Origin: an uncultured candidatus Porisulfidus sp.
GTDB taxonomy: Bacteria > Pseudomonadota > Gammaproteobacteria > Poriferisulfidales > Poriferisulfidaceae
Assembly (NCBI GenBank): GCA_965204575.1
Contig: OZ241993.1
Location: 736,001-800,000, forward strand
Reading direction: 5' to 3'
Length of the DNA: 64,000 bases
In this document: piece by piece, positions 37,491-45,344 of the stretch
Position numbering within the stretch: position 1 is the first letter of the stretch
How the letters are laid out: each line of letters opens with the position of its first letter
Program-made: the position numbers and the translations under genes
Notes under the pieces: model-generated
What the model was told of the DNA's origin: nothing
Database searches by the model: none
Seen by the model: only the letters and a program-made list of their open reading frames with translations

Positions 37491-39857
37491 TTATCTGGGG
37501 GGATTCGACTTTCGCGAAGGCTCGTCGACCCGGCTGGATTCCAAGCGGTTATCCGGGGGGTCGCTGCGTCTCTCTGGATCCGCCTGGGTCTGGACGTAGT
37601 GGGCACTGTGCTTAACGAACACTCCATGAGCCGTGTGATGCGCGATCAGGATGCCTCGCCATCCGGCCAGAAAGCCTTTCTGCAGCACGAAACTCTTGAA
37701 GAAAGTGGCCCACGCCCGCAACAGCGCCACGCCCGGATGGAACGCTTTCTTGCCGGAGAAGATGGTCGCATAGGATACCCCGTAGGCGGTCGAATCGATC
37801 CCCCAGGCCACCCGGTCGCGGCTCTCCTTCTCGTGCCAGAGCTTGCCCGCAAGCAAGACCGGCCTTGTCCCGTCTTTCAGTACGACCTGTTCATGAACGA
37901 GTTTGGAATCAAATTGCCCCGTTTCCCGATGGTACAGTCGAATCTTTGGTTTTCGCCCCACCCCTCCAACGGTGACGGGCTGCCCCAAGACAACCCGAGG
38001 CCGCCGCATCCTGTAGGCCTGGTCAGGGTCGCCGAAATTGATCTTCTGGATGGATTGCTTCAGCTCGTCGTCAAGCCACTCGTCCGTGTCGATGGCCAGA
38101 ACCCAAGGATGCTGAGCGTATTCGGCGGCCATATTGCGCGTCGGTCCGAATCCTGTGAACTCTCCCTCGACCACCCGGACATTTTCGAAATCGGCGCAAA
38201 GTTCGGCCGTGTTGTCCGTGCAGTTGTTCAGGTACACAATGATCTCGTCGAAGACCGCGAGCGATTTCAAGCATCGACGGATCGTTTCGGCGGAATTGGC
38301 CGAAATAATGACCACGCTGACGGGTAAATGGGCGACTGCCTGCTCCTTGGGCCTAGGGGTTGGGGTCGGCTCTTTAGCTTCTGAATCCCTTTCAGGAACT
38401 TTGGGTGCCTCCGAGCCAGCGCGTCCGTAGATGTCCTCGAAGCGTACGATGTCATCCTCGCCTAGATAATCGCCCGATTGCACCTCGATCAGGTCCAGCA
38501 CCTCCTCTGTGGGGTTTTCAAGCCGATGCTGGGTACCCTGGGGGATATAGGCGGACTGGTTCTTCGATAGCAGAAAGGTTTCCTCTCCTCGCGTCACCTT
38601 GGCAGTGCCACGCACCACGACCCAGTGCTCTGCACGGTGCCGGTGCATCTGAAGCGACAGTCGCCCGCCTGGGCGGAGACTAAGACGCTTAACCTGAAAG
38701 CCCTCGCCGTCATCCACCCGTTCATAATGTCCCCATGGGCGGTATACCTTTCTGTGGTGGCGGTACTCCTCCCGGTCTGCCCGCTTGAGTTGCTCCACTA
38801 TCTTTCGTGTGTTTTGGGTGGCGTTCCTATTCGCGACAAGGAGCGCGTCCGGGGTGTCAATGATGACAAGGCCCGTCACACCCAGTGTTGCGATGATCCG
38901 ACTTTCCGCACGGATGTAGGTGTCGCGAGTGTCCTCCAGGACCGCGTCACCTTGGATGATATTTCCTGCCTCATCCCTCTGAGCAGGTGCGAACAAATCC
39001 ATCAGCGCCGCCCATGAACCGATGTCGGACCAACCCGCAGCAAATGGCACCACGACCGCGTCCGAAGTATGTTCCATTACGGCATAGTCCACCGAGAGAC
39101 TGGGTGCCTTGGCGAAGCATTCCGCGTCCAGGCGCAGGAAACCAAGATCCTGCTTCGCATTCTTATAGGCTTTTTGTGTGGCTTCCCGGACCGGGGTCGC
39201 ATAGCGCTCAAGTTCCTCAAGGTAACAACGTGCGCCGAATACGAACATGCCACTGTTCCAGTAGCAGTCCCCGTCCTCGATCAGTGTGGCAGCCTTCTCG
39301 CGATCTGGTTTTTCCACGAACGCTTCCACGATCCGGGCACTTTTGCTGACACCGGTTACTGGCCCGGCCTTGATGTATCCGTAGCCGGTTTCGGCGTAGT
39401 CTGGAGTGGCACCGAACGCGACCAGCCTTCCTACAGCAGCCTCCTGTAGAGCTTCCTGGATTACGCCAGCAAATTTCTCGTTGTCGCGGATCACATGATC
39501 CGTTGGCATGACCAGAAGGATAGGTTCGTCATCTTCACCGCATAGGCTCAAGGCTTCCAGTGCCGCCGTGGCAATGGCGGGCGCCGTGTTTCGCGCCATG
39601 GGTTCCAGCAGGATGGCATCGGGTGTCACCCCGATGGCCTGAAGCTGTTCTGCCACCATGAACCGGTGTTCTTCGTTACAGACTACGATCGGCGAGCGAA
39701 GATCCTCAAAGGTCGTCAGCCTGAGGACAGTGGCTTGAAGCAGAGTGTGTTCGTCTACCAGGGCAATGAGCTGCTTCGGATAGGCTTCCCGGGACAGTGG
39801 CCAGAGCCTACTGCCAGTACCGCCGGAGAGAACTACAGGGAATACGGGGTGGCGCAC
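37491..39857 (-). CDS. manC: Mannose-1-phosphate guanylyltransferase/mannose-6-phosphate isomerase fused to a C-terminal GT2 glycosyltransferase
   Basis: LSGGTGSRLWPLSR, RNTAPA, WNSGMF, WSDIGSW and YLGEDDIVRF; then a Pro/Glu-rich linker; then GT2 motifs (VSVVII, GFGPTRN, IDTDE, VHE). Confidence 0.88.
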   Translation of the reverse strand: MRHPVFPVVLSGGTGSRLWPLSREAYPKQLIALVDEHTLLQATVLRLTTFEDLRSPIVVCNEEHRFMVAEQLQAIGVTPDAILLEPMARNTAPAIATAALEALSLCGEDDEPILLVMPTDHVIRDNEKFAGVIQEALQEAAVGRLVAFGATPDYAETGYGYIKAGPVTGVSKSARIVEAFVEKPDREKAATLIEDGDCYWNSGMFVFGARCYLEELERYATPVREATQKAYKNAKQDLGFLRLDAECFAKAPSLSVDYAVMEHTSDAVVVPFAAGWSDIGSWAALMDLFAPAQRDEAGNIIQGDAVLEDTRDTYIRAESRIIATLGVTGLVIIDTPDALLVANRNATQNTRKIVEQLKRADREEYRHHRKVYRPWGHYERVDDGEGFQVKRLSLRPGGRLSLQMHRHRAEHWVVVRGTAKVTRGEETFLLSKNQSAYIPQGTQHRLENPTEEVLDLIEVQSGDYLGEDDIVRFEDIYGRAGSEAPKVPERDSEAKEPTPTPRPKEQAVAHLPVSVVIISANSAETIRRCLKSLAVFDEIIVYLNNCTDNTAELCADFENVRVVEGEFTGFGPTRNMAAEYAQHPWVLAIDTDEWLDDELKQSIQKINFGDPDQAYRMRRPRVVLGQPVTVGGVGRKPKIRLYHRETGQFDSKLVHEQVVLKDGTRPVLLAGKLWHEKESRDRVAWGIDSTAYGVSYATIFSGKKAFHPGVALLRAWATFFKSFVLQKGFLAGWRGILIAHHTAHGVFVKHSAHYVQTQADPERRSDPPDNRLESSRVDEPSRKSNPPR

Positions 39858-39930
39858 TGCGTGACAAGTCTGCTTGTATCAAGGGAGTGCCAAGGAACTA
39901 CACACTAGACGATCCCATCTAGCATTCGCA

Positions 39931-40081
39931 CACGGTTGACAGATGCAAGCACGATGTTACCATGATCTTGGCCCTAGGAATTGGGGTGACGGGACGGGGA
40001 GAGGACAACGAAGCGGGGGTGTTTCGGCATCTAGTGGATACCGTCTAAGATCCGTCAACAGCGCACGGTTGACAGATGCAA
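39931..40081. repeat. 18-bp perfect direct repeat in the divergent intergenic region
   Basis: CACGGTTGACAGATGCAA at 39931-39948 and 40064-40081. Confidence 0.8.
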
Positions 40082-40365
40082 CGCCGCCGTGTGCGGCATT
40101 TCCAAAGGCCCCCCGGCACTGTCTATGTGGGGGCCTTACTTTTTGGAGTCGTCTTGTATGTAAATCCCTTGCGCTAACATGGACGCCTTTCATAGGGATT
40201 TGCCGTTAATGAAGAATCGAGAATCACAGTGGGTCCTGGACATTGACCGCGGTGTGGTGGCGAGTATTTGCGCAATCCCGATTAAACGGCGATTCTGAAC
40301 CGACGGGACCTACCGATGCCGCCGATGCGGTTGTTGCGTCTTCAACTTCCCTGATCATTAACGCT

Positions 40366-41406
40366 ATGGATAATCCGCCGAAATCCATCTGTCTTTTGCG
40401 CCTGTCCGCGATAGGGGATGTCGCACATATGGTTCCGGTCGTGCGCACGATCCAAAAGTATTGGCCCGAGACCGCACTGACTTGGATCATAGGGAAAAAC
40501 GAGGCCCGTCTTGTCTCCGACATGCCGGATATTGAATTTATCGAATTCGACAAAGCCAACTTTCTGAAAAGCTTGTGCTCGGTTGGCCGAAAGGTCCAGC
40601 ACCGGAGGTTCGATGTTCTGCTGTGCCCCCAAGTCTCATTGAGGGCGAATGTCATAAGCGCGTTGGTTCGTGCGGACCTGAAACTCGGCTACGACAAGAC
40701 CCGCGCCAAGGACCTGCACTCCTTGTTTTTCCGCCAGCATGTCGCATCGGCGCCGCGGCAACATGTGCTGGACAGTTTTTTCAGTTTTGCCGAGCACCTC
40801 GGCTTGCGCGAGCGCGACTTGCGTTGGGATTACCTCATCCCGGACGAAGCCCGCGAATTCGCTCGACAATGCTTGGCGGATGATCGCTTCAACGTGCTCA
40901 TCAGCCCGTGCTCCAGCCATCCATTGCGAAACTGGAGCGCGCCCCGCTACGCTGCCGTCGCTGACCACGCGGCCCGCGCACTGGATGCTCGGGTCATCCT
41001 TTGTGGGGGGCCGTCAGAACAGGAACATCAGATGGGCCGAGAGATCGAGAGACATATGCAATCGGAAGCCCTGAACCTGATCGGCAAGGACACCCTTAAG
41101 AAATTCCTGGCCCTGCTTGAGGGCGCGGATGTCCTCATCTCGCCGGACTCGGGTCCCGCGCACATGGCCGCCGGAGTAGGCACACCCGTCATCGGCCTGT
41201 ACGCGGCGAGCAACCCGCATCGCAGTGGGCCCTACCTCAGTCAGCAATGGTGCGTGAACAAGTATGGAATGGCTGCGCAAGCGTTCAGGAACAAGTCCGA
41301 GGATGAATTAAAATGGGGAACGAAACTGGAATATGAGGGCGTCATGGACTTGATCGAAGTAGATGAAGTCACCTCTCGTCTGGACGCGCTTGCCGGAAAT
41401 CGATAA
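40366..41406 (+). CDS. Glycosyltransferase family 9 (OpsX-like heptosyltransferase), second copy
   Basis: CLLRLSAIGDVAH, HVLDSF and ISPDSGPAHMA. ATG at 40366. Confidence 0.9.
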   Translation: MDNPPKSICLLRLSAIGDVAHMVPVVRTIQKYWPETALTWIIGKNEARLVSDMPDIEFIEFDKANFLKSLCSVGRKVQHRRFDVLLCPQVSLRANVISALVRADLKLGYDKTRAKDLHSLFFRQHVASAPRQHVLDSFFSFAEHLGLRERDLRWDYLIPDEAREFARQCLADDRFNVLISPCSSHPLRNWSAPRYAAVADHAARALDARVILCGGPSEQEHQMGREIERHMQSEALNLIGKDTLKKFLALLEGADVLISPDSGPAHMAAGVGTPVIGLYAASNPHRSGPYLSQQWCVNKYGMAAQAFRNKSEDELKWGTKLEYEGVMDLIEVDEVTSRLDALAGNR

Positions 41407-41427
41407 CCGACTGCTAGGATTCGGACT

Positions 41428-41817
41428 ATGGAACACATCAGTGTGCCCGTATCGCCTGGGGAATTGCTGGACAAGATCACCATCTTGGAAATCAAGGCGG
41501 AGCGGATAACAGACGAAGCGAAACTGCGGAACGTCAAAGTAGAATTGGCTCTGCTGATCCAGACTTGGGGGCAGTCTTCCGTCGACCACGATGCAGTCTC
41601 GCCGCTCAGGCAGACGCTTAAAGAGATCAACCAAGCCTTGTGGGACATTGAGGACCGGATTCGGGTCAAGGAAGCGAAGAAGGAGTTCGATCAGGAATTC
41701 GTTGATTTGGCGCGTTCTGTCTATGTTCAGAACGACCAGCGTGCTGCCGCCAAGAAGCAAATCAACACGATGCTTAATTCAAGTATCGTGGAAGAGAAAT
41801 CTTATGCGAAATACTGA
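41428..41817 (+). CDS. Conserved coiled-coil protein (DUF6165-like)
   Basis: PVSPGELLDKITILEIK, LWDIED and NDQRA...KKQIN...EEKSY. Confidence 0.75.
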   Translation: MEHISVPVSPGELLDKITILEIKAERITDEAKLRNVKVELALLIQTWGQSSVDHDAVSPLRQTLKEINQALWDIEDRIRVKEAKKEFDQEFVDLARSVYVQNDQRAAAKKQINTMLNSSIVEEKSYAKY

Positions 41818-41858
41818 CTGGTTACGTACTCTCATCAACCTAATCAAGGATTCCAATC

Positions 41859-41903
41859 TTGCAAATTTCCCATTAGAACTTATAATGTTACCTATTGGGT
41901 AAC
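41859..41903 (+). promoter_or_regulatory. Sigma70 promoter and palindromic operator of higBA
   Basis: TTGCAA (41859)-16 nt-TATAAT (41881), then GTTACC-tattg-GGTAAC. Confidence 0.7.
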
Positions 41904-41920
41904 GAAAATGAGAAGATATC

Positions 41921-42256
41921 TTGGATATCACATTTCGAAGCCGCAGGCTCAAGAAGGTTTTCGATTTGGAATCCGAACTCCAAAGAGCCTACGGGAAGCC
42001 GTTGGCAAGAAAAATCATGATGCGCCTTGCGGTTTTGAGGGCCGCGCCGAATCTCAGTTCAGTGCCGGTCAAGCCACCGGACAGGAGACATCTCCTCAAA
42101 GGTGACCGAAGTGGCCAATTTGCAGTGGATTTAGATCAATCATGCCGCCTTGTTTTCAAGCCCGACCATGACCAAATAATACTGGCCGAAGATGGAGGAA
42201 TTGATGCAACACAAGTAACCGCGATAAAGATTCTCGAAGTTATTGATTATCATTGA
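41921..42256 (+). CDS. higB: HigB/RelE-family toxin
   Basis: ITFRSRRLKK, RHLLKGDRSGQFAVDL, RLVF and IIDYH-like end; toxin-first gene order. Confidence 0.85.
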   Translation: MDITFRSRRLKKVFDLESELQRAYGKPLARKIMMRLAVLRAAPNLSSVPVKPPDRRHLLKGDRSGQFAVDLDQSCRLVFKPDHDQIILAEDGGIDATQVTAIKILEVIDYH

Positions 42257-43362
42257 TGGAGGCAACAATTATGGGAACCACGCCTAATCTATACAATCCA
42301 GACTACTCGGTTCCGCCGGGATGGGTTTTGGAGGAACATATAGAAGTACTAGGCATCTCGCATGCTGAATTCGCGCGCCGGTGTGGGCGTTCGCCAAAAC
42401 TGATCAGCGAAATCATCACGGGCAAGGCCCCGCTTGAACCAAAGACGGCACTTGAGTTCGAAAAAGTCCTCGGTTTGGACGCTAGGATTTGGCTGGGAAT
42501 CGAATCCAATTACCAGCTTCATCGGGCGCGTGAGGCTGAAAATGAAATTGCCTCGAAACGTGACAGGTGGGCAGAAAGTTTTCCAGTCCGCGAACTGGTA
42601 AAACGAGGATATATACAAAAGCCAGGATCAACCGCAGATGCCGTGTCCGAGTTATTGGCATTCTTTGGTGTTGGCTCGATTGACGCATGGACCACACGTT
42701 ATGCGGCCGTCAATGTTGCCTATAGGCACTCTCAGAGTTTCTCAAGTGATGAAAAAGCACTAGCCACGTGGCTTCGTCTAGGTGAGCTTGAGGCCGAAAG
42801 CCAAAATTGTGAGAAATACAGCCAGGCCCGGTTTAAGGATGCAACGCGACAGATTCGAAGTTTAACGTGCGAGCCTGTAGGGCAAGCCACCCTGCGTGCG
42901 ACTGAGTTATGTAATCAGGCGGGCGTTGCACTTGCACTGGTACGTCCTTTGCCCGGGACCGCGTTGAGTGGGGCAGCTAGATGGCTTTCTCCAAAGAAGG
43001 CATTAATTCAGTTGAGCGCACGCCACAAGTCCGACGATCACCTTTGGTTCAGTTTCTACCATGAAGCCGCACATATCCTGCTTCACAGTAAGAAAGACAT
43101 TTTTGTTGATGCTGTGAGGAACGGAGATACAGGTGCTGAGAAAGAGGCAGACGAATGGGCATCGAAAACTCTCGTACCCAAAACCGAATGGGAACGATTT
43201 ATCGCAACATCTCCACGTAGTAGGAGCGCAGTTGAGGTATTTGCTGATGAGCAGGGAGTGGCCCCCGGCATAATCGTGGGGATGCTTCAACACCAAGGGA
43301 TATTGCCTTGGACACACCTGAACGGTCTTAAAGTAAAGCTAGAATGGCGGAACTCGGAATAA
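42253..43362 (+). CDS. higA: HigA antitoxin (HTH) fused to an ImmA/IrrE metallopeptidase domain
   Basis: PPGWVLEE, AEFARRCG...ISEII HTH, FSFYHEAAH (HExxH) and EKEADEWA. Confidence 0.85.
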   Translation: MMEATIMGTTPNLYNPDYSVPPGWVLEEHIEVLGISHAEFARRCGRSPKLISEIITGKAPLEPKTALEFEKVLGLDARIWLGIESNYQLHRAREAENEIASKRDRWAESFPVRELVKRGYIQKPGSTADAVSELLAFFGVGSIDAWTTRYAAVNVAYRHSQSFSSDEKALATWLRLGELEAESQNCEKYSQARFKDATRQIRSLTCEPVGQATLRATELCNQAGVALALVRPLPGTALSGAARWLSPKKALIQLSARHKSDDHLWFSFYHEAAHILLHSKKDIFVDAVRNGDTGAEKEADEWASKTLVPKTEWERFIATSPRSRSAVEVFADEQGVAPGIIVGMLQHQGILPWTHLNGLKVKLEWRNSE

Positions 43363-43365
43363 CTC

Positions 43366-43478
43366 CGTAATGGCGGGGGTGTGTACCACGGTAGCATGTG
43401 AGAAACATCGCCGATCGCCGACAACCGCAGCAGGCAGAGGGTCTTCGGGGGGTATGATGGGCGCGCGGATTCGCTCAT
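43366..43478 (-). pseudogene. Truncated, frameshifted duplicate of the GT9 gene 5' end
   Basis: MSESARPSYPPKTLCLLRLSAIGDVSHMLP versus MTESSRPSYPPKTLCLLCVSGIADISHMLP of 36366..37445. DNA similarity is visible, with 1-nt deletions. Confidence 0.85.
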
Positions 43479-44208
43479 GCAACAAGGTATGCCAGACGAA
43501 GGGCAGGGTCATATCGTATACGACCCCGAGTGGCTTTCGGAAATAACGCCGGAATTTTTCGACCCGCACTACCTGAGCGTACAGGGAATGCTGTCCAGTT
43601 TCGGCAGCGGGCGGGGGACGGTCTGGTTATTTCGGCATGAAGGAAAAGAATTTGCGTTGCGGCACTACCATCGGGGGGGCAAGGTGGCCCGGTTCCTCGG
43701 AGACCGCTACCTGTGGGTGGGTTTGAATCGGTCGCGCCCGGCACGGGAGGTCAGAATCTTGAGCCAGTTGGCAGGGCAGGGGCTGCCCGTACCCAGTCCA
43801 GTGGCCTGGAGGGTGATTCGCAGCGGCCTGATGTATCGCGCGGACCTGATCGTGACCCGGATTTCCCGCGCCCGCCCCCTCACCCAGATCTTGCGCGAGC
43901 GAGTCTTGGAAGTGGCCGAGTGGGAAGGTCTTGGGGCGTTGTTGCGCCGATTCCACGACTTTCAGGTCTGGCACGCCGACCTCAACCTGAGCAATATTCT
44001 GCTGCGTGCTCCGGATGATTTCTTCCTGATCGACTTCGACCGGTGCCGAATTCGTTCCGGAGGGCTCTGGAAGCGGCGAAACCTCAAGCGTCTCCACCGA
44101 TCCTGTCTCAAGGAACAGGCGAAGAACCCGGAGTTTCACTTCAGGGAGCAGGACTTCGAAGCCCTGTTGCGGGGGTATGCCCGCGGGGCGTCCGCGACCG
44201 GCTCGTGA
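43477..44208 (+). CDS. kdkA: 3-deoxy-D-manno-octulosonic acid kinase
   Basis: GRGTVW, LRHYHRGG, YRADLI, HADLNLSNIL, LIDFDR and NLKRLHRS. Start at 43477 or 43489. Confidence 0.92.
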   Translation: MQQGMPDEGQGHIVYDPEWLSEITPEFFDPHYLSVQGMLSSFGSGRGTVWLFRHEGKEFALRHYHRGGKVARFLGDRYLWVGLNRSRPAREVRILSQLAGQGLPVPSPVAWRVIRSGLMYRADLIVTRISRARPLTQILRERVLEVAEWEGLGALLRRFHDFQVWHADLNLSNILLRAPDDFFLIDFDRCRIRSGGLWKRRNLKRLHRSCLKEQAKNPEFHFREQDFEALLRGYARGASATGS

Positions 44209-45281
44209 TGCGACGGCGCGAATTTTTAGGCGTAGGCGGGGTTGCCGCGGCGACCGGATTGGGACGGGTCCGGCGGTCGGACGCCGAAGAACCGCTGCGC
44301 TGGAAGATGGTGACCGCCTGGCCGAAGAACTTTCCCGGCATGGGAACCAGTGCGGAATTTCTGGCGCAGTCCATCGGCGAGATGTCTGGAGGCCGCCTGC
44401 AGGTGCAGGTCTATGGTGCCGGCGAACTGGTGCCTGCGTTCGAGGTGTTCGATGCGGTCAGCCAAGGTGCGGTGCAGATGGGCCATGGCGTTTCCTATTA
44501 CTGGAAGGGGAAAAATCCGGCCTTCCACTACTTCTCCGCCTTGCCGTTCGGCATGACGGGCAACGAAATGAACAGTTGGCTGTACAAGGGGGGCGGCATG
44601 GAGTTGTGGGAGGAAGCCTACGCCCCGTTCGATGTCCTGCCGCTGGCCGCCGGCAACTCCATGGTGCAGATGGGGGGCTGGTTCAAGCGGGAAATCCATC
44701 AAATCGAGGACTTGAAAGGTCTGCGGATGCGCATTCCGGGGCTGGGAGGCGAAGTGCTGCGCCGGGTCGGAGTCACGCCCGTGGTGCTCAGCGGCAAGGA
44801 GCTGCTGGTGGCGTTGCAGACCGGGGCGATCGATGCGACCGAATGGATTGGCCCGTGGAACGACTTGGCGTTCGGCTTGCATCGCGCGGCGAAGTACTAC
44901 TACTACCCCGGTTGGCATGATCCCGGTACGGCGCTGGAGTTTTTGATCAACCGCCCGACGTTTGAAGCGCTTCCGGATGATCTGCAGGCTATCGTGCGGT
45001 ATGCCGCCACGGTGGCCAATGAGGATGTTGTGGCGGACTACCTCGCGCATAATAACGATGCACTGAAGATATTGGTCGAGAAATACCAGGTGGAGCTCCG
45101 GCAATTCCCGCCGGAGGTACTGCGCGTCCTGCGCCGACATGCCGAGGCGGTCATCGAGGAGGTGGCCGGGGGCGACCCCTTCGTCCGGCGGGTGAACGAC
45201 AGCTACCAGGCGTTCTATGCCCGGGTGCGGGACTGGACCGCCATCTCCGAGAAGGCGTACCTAGACACGAGATCGGGGTGA
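44208..45281 (+). CDS. dctP: TRAP transporter substrate-binding protein (DctP/TakP-like), Tat signal
   Basis: MRRREFL, WKMVTAWPKNFPG, YYWKGK, QMGGWF, MRIPGLGG and YYYPGWH. TGATG overlap with kdkA. Confidence 0.9.
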   Translation: MRRREFLGVGGVAAATGLGRVRRSDAEEPLRWKMVTAWPKNFPGMGTSAEFLAQSIGEMSGGRLQVQVYGAGELVPAFEVFDAVSQGAVQMGHGVSYYWKGKNPAFHYFSALPFGMTGNEMNSWLYKGGGMELWEEAYAPFDVLPLAAGNSMVQMGGWFKREIHQIEDLKGLRMRIPGLGGEVLRRVGVTPVVLSGKELLVALQTGAIDATEWIGPWNDLAFGLHRAAKYYYYPGWHDPGTALEFLINRPTFEALPDDLQAIVRYAATVANEDVVADYLAHNNDALKILVEKYQVELRQFPPEVLRVLRRHAEAVIEEVAGGDPFVRRVNDSYQAFYARVRDWTAISEKAYLDTRSG

Positions 45282-45344
45282 TTCTTCCGTTATGCTTGGC
45301 GGGTTGTTCCGGAAAGGCAAGAAGGGGTGGGGCGAGGTCGTCCC

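Noticed and set aside
39931-40081. Possible CRISPR mini-array
   Set aside because: Two 18-bp copies with a 115-bp gap and no cas genes; the geometry is wrong.
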